This document shows, one piece after another, positions 54,705 through 64,000 of a stretch of 64,000 bases of DNA (the first letter of the stretch is position 1; the number at the start of each line of letters is the position of its first letter). The stretch spans positions 54,560,001-54,624,000 of the forward strand of contig OZ024742.1 in the NCBI GenBank assembly GCA_964016885.1, written 5' to 3'. Both the position numbers and the translations under genes were made by a program. The DNA is from Eledone cirrhosa (lineage: Eukaryota). The notes beneath the pieces are model-generated. The model did no database searches, was not told where the DNA came from, and saw only the letters and a program-made list of their open reading frames with translations.

Positions 54705-55750
54705 ACCTCTCCTTGGTCTCCTTGCTCTCCGTGTTCTTCTTTTCTCCTTGCTCTCCTTGCTCTCCTTTTATCTTTACTCCCCTGGTTCTCCTTTCTCATT
54801 GCTCTCCTTGCTCTCAATTTCTCATTCCTCTCGCTTCTCTCCTTTTATCCTTGCTCTCCTTGCTCTCCTGTTCTCATTTATCTCCTTGCTCTCCCCTTTA
54901 TCCTTGCCCTCCTTGCTCTCCTTGCTCTCCTTTTCTCATTGCTCTCCTTGCTCTTCTTTTATCTTTGCTCCCCTGGGTATCCTTTCTCATTTTTCTCCTT
55001 GCTCTCATTTTCTCCTTCCTCTCGCTGCTCTCCTTGTTCTCCTTTTCTCATTTCTCTCATTGCTCTCCTTTTACCATTGCTCTCCTTGCTCTCCTTTTAT
55101 CGTTGCTCTCTTTTCACTTTCTTTCTCATTGCTCTTCTTTTCTCCCTGCTCTCCTTTTCTTCATGCTCTCCTGACTCGCCCTTTCTCCTTGCTCTCCTTG
55201 CTCTCCTTTTGTCATTGCTCTCCTTGATCTCCTTTTATATTTGCTTCCCTGGCTCTCTTTTCTCCTTGCTCTCCTTGCTCTCCTTTTATCTTTGCCCCCC
55301 TGGCTCTCATTTCTCATTGCTCTCCTTGCTCTCATTTTCTGATTCCTCTCGCTGCTCTCCTTTTTATCCTTGCTCTCCTTGCTCTCCTGTTCTCATTTCA
55401 CTCCTTGCTCTCCTTGCTCTCGTTTTCTCATTGGTCTCATGGCTCTTCGTTTATATTGCTCCCCTGGCTCTCCTTTCTCATTGCTCTCCTTGCTCTACTT
55501 TTCTCCTTTCTGTTGCTGCTCTCCTTTTATCCTTGCTCTCCTTGCTCCCCTTGCTCTCCCTTTCTCATTTTGTCATTACTTTCCTTTTCTTCTTGCTTTC
55601 CTTGATCTCCTTGCTCTCCTTTCCTCATTACTCTCCTTGCTCTCCATTTCTCATTGCTCACCTGTTCTCATTACTCTCTTTTTCTCATTTCTCTCCTTTT
55701 CTTATTTCTCTCCTTGCTTTGCTTTTCTCCTTATTCTCCCTTTCTCCTTG
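54705..55750. repeat. Pyrimidine-rich minisatellite built on CTCCTTGCT
   Basis: Many degenerate 9-mer copies with larger recurring blocks. Confidence 0.9.
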
Positions 55751-55936
55751 TATCTATGTACTTGTTTATATATAAATACAATGAAAAAAGGAGAACAAGG
55801 AGAAATATGAAAGCAAGGATTGTAAGGAGAGCATATACATATCATACATATATATTTGTATATATGTATATATATATTACTTAATACCGAGTACTCATTT
55901 CTCTCAGCTGTCAACCACATACAGATATATGTATAT

Positions 55937-56326
55937 TAGGGTGGCCCTTAGCAGTTGGTAATTTTCCAAAAGTTAAAATGTTGCTGCTCCCAGAGTGAAA
56001 AATAGGTGTTTGCCCTATACCTGCGCTCTGTGCCCAGCTTTGCCAGTTGCCTTCCCCATTATATTTATTGTCACTTATCCTTCTAATACCAAGAATAAGT
56101 CTGAACAAGTTTTTAATTCAAGAGAAAATTATATAAGAGATAAAAAGTTTTTATCTGAAAAAATGACTTTCAAGGCGAAAACTTCAAACTTTGACGGTCG
56201 ATGAGGGTGGCCCTGTAATTGTCCGCTTGAGCTAAAACTTTTCGTAGAATGTTTTCTTGTTAATCTGAACAAGGTAGGAGGTAGGAGCTAAACGTTTAGA
56301 AAGATGAAAAATAAAGGCCACCCTAA
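55937..56326. mobile_element. MITE with TTAGGGTGGCC / GGCCACCCTAA TIRs
   Basis: TIRs flanked by TA on both sides; an internal AGGGTGGCCCT copy at ~56204. Superfamily uncertain, possibly Tc1/mariner. Confidence 0.65.
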
Positions 56327-56728
56327 TATGGAATATTTTTTTCTCATCATTTTACAAACACATATAATGTTAGCAAAATCCGGAAATACGTCGGTGCAGA
56401 TAATTACATCATTATCCATAATTGATAATTTGTATATTATTATTTAACTTACTATTATTTGAAGAATTAATGGCAACGCTGATCATAGTTGTATTTGATT
56501 TCAGAACGCCAGTCAGCGTTTTCAAATCTGAATTTATTGGATATGTTTACACATAAAGTATAGTCCATCTCAAGAAAAACTAATGCATAAATATATATTA
56601 TATCTCTTTCCTCTCTCTCTATTCTTTCTCTTTCTATTTTTCATTGAACTTCATTGCCTGTTGTTTTGCTTTTTCCGTTTGCTCCTCACACCCACACACC
56701 CCACACACATACATACATATATATATAT

Positions 56729-56773
<45 letters not shown>

Positions 56774-56805
56774 AAAAATTTACGAAATGGAAATGCGGGT
56801 ATATA

Positions 56806-58612
56806 ACGCAGCATGTGATATTGTTAGGAAACTGAAAATTGACGACAGAACGGTACCCCTATCCCCAGCTACACCGACTTTTAATCTGAAGGACCATAAG
56901 GATAACTTCGATACTAACCCTAAAATTAGATTAATATGTCCTTCAAAGTCCGATATAGGTAGGATTAGTAAGTACATATTAGATCGTATTATCCCCCAAG
57001 TTAAGGCTAAGGTAGATATTAAATTATGGGGTAATACTCATCAGGCAATAAGATGGTTCAATAACATTAGGGACAAAAACAAATCTTCTTTTATTCAATT
57101 CGATATAGATGAATACTATTCCTCTATTTCACCCGAAACCCTGCATAAGGCCCTCTCTTTCGCTAAGACTAACTCGGACCTCACAAACGAGGAAATTAAT
57201 ATTATACTTGAAGCTAGACGCACAGTAGTGCACTTTGAAAATAGTTATTGGGTCCGCAGGGATAGACCCTCGGAATTCGACATTACGATGGGTTCTAATG
57301 ATTCGGCGGAGGTCACGGATTTGGTTGGGATCTATATAGCCCATAGACTCCAGAGCGAATTTACGGACCTCCACGGCGGAATATACCGCGACGATACACT
57401 TCTATTAGTCAAGAATATGAACAAACAAAACCTAGAAAGGCGACGTAAAAACATTAGGAAACTTTTCTTAGAACTAGGGCTTAATATTACCTTTGAACAC
57501 AATCTTAAGGTGGTCAACTTCTTGGATGTTACCTTCAACCTTAATAACGGTAATATAGAGCCATTTCACAAACTTAATAAAAATCTTAAGTACGTTAATG
57601 TAAAATCGAACCATCCTCATTCCATTATTAAATCTATCCCTAAAAATATATCCATAAGGATCTCCCGACTGTCGCCTAATTTGCAGACCTTCAACGAGCA
57701 TGCTGAATATTATAATGACGCACTTAGAAAAGCTGGTTACTGCGAGAAAATTGAATATCTAGACGATAACCACATAAGTACTATGAATAAAACACATCTA
57801 AGTCGAACTAGTATTGCACCACACACACACACATCAATAGGCATACTAATAGGTGCAAACCAGCAAATAGAGTCAGACGTAGAGAGTACATATGGTATAA
57901 CCCCGTGTACAATTCTTCTATTAGCACTAAGATTATCTCACAATTCTATACACTAATCAATAAACACTTTACAACTTCACATAAATACTATAAAATCTTT
58001 AACTCGCGCACCAGTAGACTCTCATACTCCACTGCACCTAACATAGAACAACTAATTAGAAAACTCAACTCAGCAATACTGAATAAGTACATCCCTAATG
58101 ATTCAGCGCACCAGCATAGCAACATGCAACGCACTAACACGCAACCGCAACCCCACCAAACTATCCAGGATTCTACTGCAAAACCTAAAAATAGTTGTAA
58201 CTGCACCAAACCAGGTACGTGCCCACTGAATAACCAGTGCCTAGCACGCAATATTGTCTACCGGTGTACAATAAATTCCGGGACCAACAAATGGTATTAC
58301 GTCGGATGTACCGCAACTTCTTTCAAGGCTCGCCTATACCAACATCGATCTTCGATCAGGCACGAGAAAATGCGCTCCGTAACAACCCTCGCCGATAAAG
58401 CCTGGCAGCTTCGGAGGAACAATCAAGCGTTCTCCCTTGATTGGCAAATTATTGCAGCTGCGCATGCATATCAGCAAAATCATCGATTCTGCAAGTCATG
58501 CAATTTAGAGATATACTGCATTTTAACGTCGGTAAACAAACTTTTGAACAGCAAAATTGAACGTTCTCTATACTGTAACCATCGTTTGAAAACGACTTTT
58601 TTCTTTTTTTAA
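56806..58612 (+). pseudogene. PLE RT + GIY-YIG endonuclease with one frameshift
   Basis: FNLKDHKDNF..NPKIRLI, FIQFDI..YYSSI, FDITMGS, IYRDD, VNFLDV, SNHP, then IWYNP, CNCTKPGTCPLNNQC, NIVY..YVG..R..QH, CKSC, CNH. The shift probably lies in the (CA)n run at ~57819-57832. Confidence 0.88.
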
Positions 58613-59033
58613 ATGCATATAATGTTACCTTTTTACACCAACGTTTGCAAATTTCTGTCTTATATGTTTATACACTAGATATGACTTTCTATAATAATAG
58701 TACTAAACACTGTTTTTATGGACCCCTTTAGAAATAACCTGCTACTATAATAGCCCTAATAACTTGTCTGTGACATTGTACCACTTTGACCCCTCTAACT
58801 AAATTTTGTCCGAACAACACCACTAGAAGTATCTACTTCCCAGCCAACCTTAGCACGCCTCATTAAGCTAACTGCTGCCAAAACATTCTCTCTTCACAAT
58901 CTCTACTAGTCTGACAGTCTTAAACCCTAAGACTCCCTCCACCTTACTCACTTCCCTCTTCCCCTTCTCTTCCTACCTCCTTCTTTATCTTTTATCTAGT
59001 GTATAAAATATTTTCATATCATTCTAATTACAA

Positions 59034-59150
59034 AGGTCTGATGACATGGTGTGTTGGCTTACAGTGTACTTTCGGTTTTTGATAATATTTGTGTATTATT
59101 CAAATAGCGAGGTATAGGTAACTCATACACTATAGAAACAATTGTTACCT
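59034..59150 (+). ncRNA. Type I hammerhead ribozyme (long helix II variant)
   Basis: AGGT-CTGATGA-C ATGGTGTGT...ATACACTAT A-GAAA-CAATTG-TT-ACCT. Confidence 0.82.
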
Positions 59151-59304
59151 AATAAATTCTATATACCCGCATTTCCATTTCGTAAATTTTTTCTCCATAT
59201 TTTCTCCGGATTTTAAAACACACTTTATTATACGTTGAGCAATCTCTGACGTCAGTTGACTCCATCCAATGCAACTACTTAGTAACATTGGAATACAAAT
59301 TATC

Positions 59305-59376
<72 letters not shown>

Positions 59377-59815
59377 TAATACAATTCCAATCTAATCCAT
59401 CCAAAAGAATGAAAATACACACGGGAGATAAACATAAATTTTATTGATCGAAAATTTTTAAATCAACAAAGAAGCATAAATGTTTATACAATTAAGAATA
59501 TGTATATACAAATAATTAACCAGGGAATAATGAAGTTTTAAAATAAACATATTTATATCCAATATTAATTACACAACAGGCTTACAAATGCCCATTGGCA
59601 GATTTTACCTGATGGAGCAATAATATACATTTTATGAGAAATTTTAAATAGGATACATCAGACATTATAGAATGTTACCGTTATTTAATGTAATTAATAT
59701 ATATATATATAATTATATATATATATAATTATATATATATATATATACATGAGTGTATATATAAAATATATATATAATATATATAATATATATATATATA
59801 TAAATATATATATAT

Positions 59816-59959
<144 letters not shown>

Positions 59960-59960
59960 G

Positions 59961-59992
<32 letters not shown>

Positions 59993-60734
59993 CATGAATG
60001 TGCATGTATGTGTCTGTGTGTGTCTGTGTGTGTAAAATATCGAAATTTAAAGGAAATAAATACAATTAACGTACAATCAGCTGTTTGAGCTAAATCAACC
60101 GACAGTTATAGTTAAAGAAATTTTTACTGTCAGGATATACATACAGCGCAGCAATAAATTGCAACAATAAAATAATTTCGTACATATTTTAGCATAATAG
60201 TCTCAAACACGATGGGTAACAAAGGCATACTGTGAAGCCTTTTGAACTAAGTTCTGTAAAATGTTTTTAAAAATTAATTTAGAATTCAAAGAAATGAAAA
60301 TAAAATGAGGGAAGTTATGTAATACATATCATAGCATGTCAATTTCCCCGTAAACAAGATTTCATTTAATTGTCACAAGTTTTAAAAAACGGACAGAAAC
60401 AGCATTATTATCTATTATTGCCGCAAAATCAAAAATATGTGTTTCATCATTAGCACAGTGTCGCTCGTAATAAAAACCAAATTCTAATGTTATGTGGTAA
60501 TACGTAGTAGAGGTATCGAACAAGAGATACGTAATCCTACAGCTTTGGAATGTGAATAACGCTATGGGATATAGTACACTTGTACACGTAAAAGATAATG
60601 GCAACAATAAAGTTGACTGGGTTAATGTTTATATTGAATTCAATTTCCTCTGCGTTGCTTTTAGAATATCAGCATTTATTATTCTATTGTGTATATATAT
60701 ATATACACACACACACACATATATATATATATAT

Positions 60735-61030
60735 GCGTGTTTAATAGTAGCTATGATGCTTCCATAGGCGGTATGCCAGATGAGCACTCTATGTTCTTAC
60801 AGAGCAGAGTGTGATATAATATGAAACGAAAAATCAGTGATGCATCTGGACTCAGTTTATGGTGAGAAAATTTGTTCTGAAAGTGTTGCATGTGTCCGAA
60901 GAACCTGCAGATCTAGAATCAAACAGATCCATACAATGATCCTGTCTCGAGCTATCTGCCGGCGAAACAATTGTAGCACACAATAAACTGAGTCCAGATG
61001 CATCACTGATTTTTCGTTTTATATTATATA
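60735..61030. mobile_element. Small fold-back element containing an HHR
   Basis: Arms 60814-60860 / 60983-61029; tail 60735-60813; between TA tracts. Confidence 0.8.
60891..60980 (+). ncRNA. Type I hammerhead-like motif with a U4C core change
   Basis: TGTGT-CCGAAGA-A CCTGCAGAT...ATCTGCCGG C-GAAA-CAATTG-TA-GCACA. Confidence 0.65.
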
Positions 61031-61069
<39 letters not shown>

Positions 61070-61082
61070 AGAGAGATAGATA

Positions 61083-61428
61083 TACACGAGAATGCTGAGG
61101 ATAGCTCTGAACATTAATCAGTATACACTGAGGATGAAAAACTCAGAGCTGTATGGGAGCATCCCAAAAGTCAGCTCAAAAGTGACACAGAGGAGACTGA
61201 TGTTAGCTGGACATGCTCACCGACATCCAGAGTTGACATTGCACTCAGTGGTTCTGTGGGTGCCCCTACATGGACAGACTGGAAGAGGGAGACCAAGGCT
61301 AACGTATGTTGATGCCCTAACGACAGACACTGGTCTGTTGGAGAGGCAGGACATGGCAGCGATAATGAGGGGCAGAGACCGCTGGAGAGAACTCGGCCAT
61401 GCATCTCGGGAATTTTACCGCCCTAGAT
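61083..61428 (+). mobile_element. 3' fragment of the same RTE-group family as 50797-53627
   Basis: Highly similar to the reverse complement of ~50797-51135 (RMLRIALNINQY..RRLMLAGHAHRH..GRP). Confidence 0.92.
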
Positions 61429-61694
61429 ATATATATATATATATGTGTTTGTGTGTGTGTGTGTGTATGTGTGTGTGTGTGTTTTTTTGTGCGTATGTGT
61501 GCGTTTGTGTGTGTGTGTTTGCGTGCGTGTATTTCTATGTGTGTGTGAGTGTGTGTGCATATGTGTGCGTGTGTACGAAATTATCAGTGAGAGAATGAGA
61601 CAGTAGAATAAAAGCATATCATAGTTTGACGCTGGGTAACTTAGGAAAAGCGTCTTAACGTGTCAGACGTAGGTATTTCATCAGAACAGATAAT

Positions 61695-61875
61695 TGTTTC
61701 TACTTTTGGCACAAGGCCAGAAAATTACCCTGTACATTACTGGTACTTTATTTTATCGACCCCGTAAGGATGAAAGACAAAGTTAACCTCGGCGGGATTT
61801 GAACTCAGTCCGTAACGGGACGTAACTGTGTTGCAAAGCATGGCGTCTTCTACCGCTACTGCCAATCCACCTCCC
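61695..61875 (-). mobile_element. Full-length tRNA-derived SINE with 14-bp TSD
   Basis: TCAGAACAGATAAT at 61681-61694 and 61876-61889; same body as 54115-54300. Confidence 0.88.
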
Positions 61876-61960
61876 TCAGAACAGATAATGACAGATAGAA
61901 AAATGTTGGCAACTTGAGTTGAAGGAAAATACATTTTGTAGTAGGAAAGCACGTATGTAT

Positions 61961-62029
<69 letters not shown>

Positions 62030-62071
62030 ATTTGTCGTACTGCCTCTCTGTTCTGTCCCTGTTCAATTTTT

Positions 62072-62111
<40 letters not shown>

Positions 62112-62113
62112 TG

Positions 62114-62197
<84 letters not shown>

Positions 62198-62284
62198 GTA
62201 TATATATATATTTAAAAGAATAGAGGTGTAACACACGAGTTATGATATATTGGTAAAAGGAAAAGAAAATCCTGACAATTGACA

Positions 62285-62328
<44 letters not shown>

Positions 62329-62351
62329 ATAATAATAAATTTGAAGACTAA

Positions 62352-62591
62352 AATCCAAAGAGGGCTAGATCGTATAACAGAAATAAAAGACCATGTGACC
62401 TCTGCGCCGCTGAGGCCCTGGAAATAGTCTACGCCACAGACCACTTCTTAAACAAAAAATCTGAGGCAATTTCGGCTTGTAAACATAAATTGTACAAAAG
62501 TTTCCTGTATTATACCCTAACGGATAGTACGATGTATACGCGGATATTTTACGTCTTGATGTTATGTTTATACCATCACTTATTTGCATAG
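62352..62591 (+). pseudogene. C-terminal fragment of a third Hydra-type PLE GIY-YIG domain
   Basis: [43 protein letters not shown] aligns by eye with AHAYQQNHRFCKSCNLEIYCILTSVNKLLNSKIERSLYCNHR. Confidence 0.7.
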
Positions 62592-62903
62592 GTAAGTATA
62601 TATTACCTGTATGTTTTGTGAAGGTACGTATACTTTCTCTTACGTATATTTGATTGTATATGTTATGGCGTATATTTTTTATATATTCTGGTACATATGC
62701 TTTTGGTTATGTATATACGTGAGTTTTGCGTCTGTGTGAGTGTGCGGGTTTGTACGTATGTAGGGTGTGTGTAGATGTGTACTTCGTGCTTTGGTTTACG
62801 TACGTCTCCGAACATTTGTGTATCTACATGTAGGTATGTGCGTGCGCTTGTTATATAGGTATTTATTTATTTATATACGTTTATTTAATTATTTGTATAC
62901 ACG

Positions 62904-62966
<63 letters not shown>

Positions 62967-63180
62967 TTATATGTGCGTGTATTTGTATACCTATGGCGAG
63001 TGTTTTCGCGTATGCTTGTGTATGAACGTATTTGGGTGCGTGTATGTATTTATTTAATTTCTATTACCTCTGTATTTTATTTACTTTATTCTTAACTCTG
63101 AAGCGGTGAATCATTCGGTTTCCTAGTTAGAATTTTAGTCTACGACTTCAGTTATACCATTTTACATATATATACAATTT

Positions 63181-63236
<56 letters not shown>

Positions 63237-63321
63237 AAATGTAAACAGAAATAACAACACAATCGGTACAGTATATGGAAGGGATATATTAGTTTAACGC
63301 TTGATATAGCAGGAAGAGGGA

Positions 63322-63355
63322 CTTAACGTTTCGAACGCTAGTCCTTCATCAGAAG
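63322..63355 (-). ncRNA. Minimal type I hammerhead ribozyme
   Basis: CTT-CTGATGA-A-GGAC-TAGC-GTTC-GAAA-CG-TT-AAG; helix III is the palindrome ACGT. Confidence 0.7.
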
Positions 63356-63871
63356 AAAGAATGAGAAATAAGCTAGATTGAAGGGATGGGCGGGTTGGAA
63401 TTGGAAAAAATGTCTTTAGATAAAAATAACAGATCCATTCATGTTGACATCTCTTGTGTGTGTGCGTGTGTATGTGTGTCAATATGTATGTGTGTGTACT
63501 CGCATACGGACATATAACTGTATACACTGTATATTCATATCTTATTAAAAATTTATTTTAATTTTTTCATTTTTGTAAATCCAAGAAACGGCATGTGGAA
63601 CAAGAGAATGAAAATTAAACGTACAATTATAAATATAATATAATGCACCTTAATGCATAATTAATTGGCTTTATTTTATTGAAAAACAGTAATATAATTC
63701 TACAATTGAGAGAAATAAAGATAACAATATGAATGTGGTAACCCTCAGGATCCACCAATAGAATTGTATTTAAATAACAAGTAAAGCTTTGTAATATTGA
63801 ATTATACTACAATATGTTTAATTCAATCTTCCATGCATACAAACGAATACACACCCATTGATATGCACGTA

Positions 63872-63910
<39 letters not shown>

Positions 63911-64000
63911 GTGTATGCGTTTCGCTTCGCTTTTCCTGCCCGCCGAAAATGCGATTCCCGCTGAATCTTTATTTGTATATATATATATATATATATATAT

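Larger units (their letters stand above)
56770..59308 (+). mobile_element. Hydra-type Penelope-like element, 5'-truncated, with a short 5' inversion
   Basis: 56770-56805 is the reverse complement of 59160-59195; RT + GIY-YIG; HHR in the 3' UTR; ends in (TA)n. Confidence 0.88.

Noticed and set aside
54686-55810. Leu/Ser/Cys/Pro-rich ORFs
   Set aside because: Products of the CTCCTTGCT minisatellite.
63092-63130. TAACT-CTGAAGC...AGTTAG as the HHR of the 62.3-kb PLE remnant
   Set aside because: The core is mismatched and there is no GAAA half.
63159-63240. CATTTTACA-(TA)n-TGTAAAATG inverted flanks
   Set aside because: Only 9 bp beyond the self-complementary TA tract; could be chance or a local repair event.

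Overview
Eukaryotic, gene-free, repeat-saturated window, probably from an octopod cephalopod (inferred from the SINE and LINE tail types). Much of it is degenerate (TA)n microsatellite, and all the YI/YM-repeat ORFs are artefacts of that. The TA arrays are packed with mobile elements: a near full-length Tx1/L1-group LINE with a 21-bp TSD, CR1-group and RTE LINE fragments, two Helitron derivatives, SINEs, a MITE, one Naiad-like and several Hydra-type Penelope-like elements (PLEs; RT + GIY-YIG). The main signal is at least eight non-coding fold-back elements with no obvious similarity to one another. They share the layout (TA)n - unique 3' tail - arm - inverted arm - (TA)n. Five families carry a type I hammerhead ribozyme (HHR) variant: long helix II, usually a mismatched 10.1/11.1 pair, and a family-specific palindromic helix III. 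The same variant sits in the 3' UTR of the Hydra-type PLE at 56.8-59.3 kb. In one element the fold-back axis is the ribozyme helix II itself, which suggests snap-back self-priming. All RNA folds were read by eye; no search or folding program was run.
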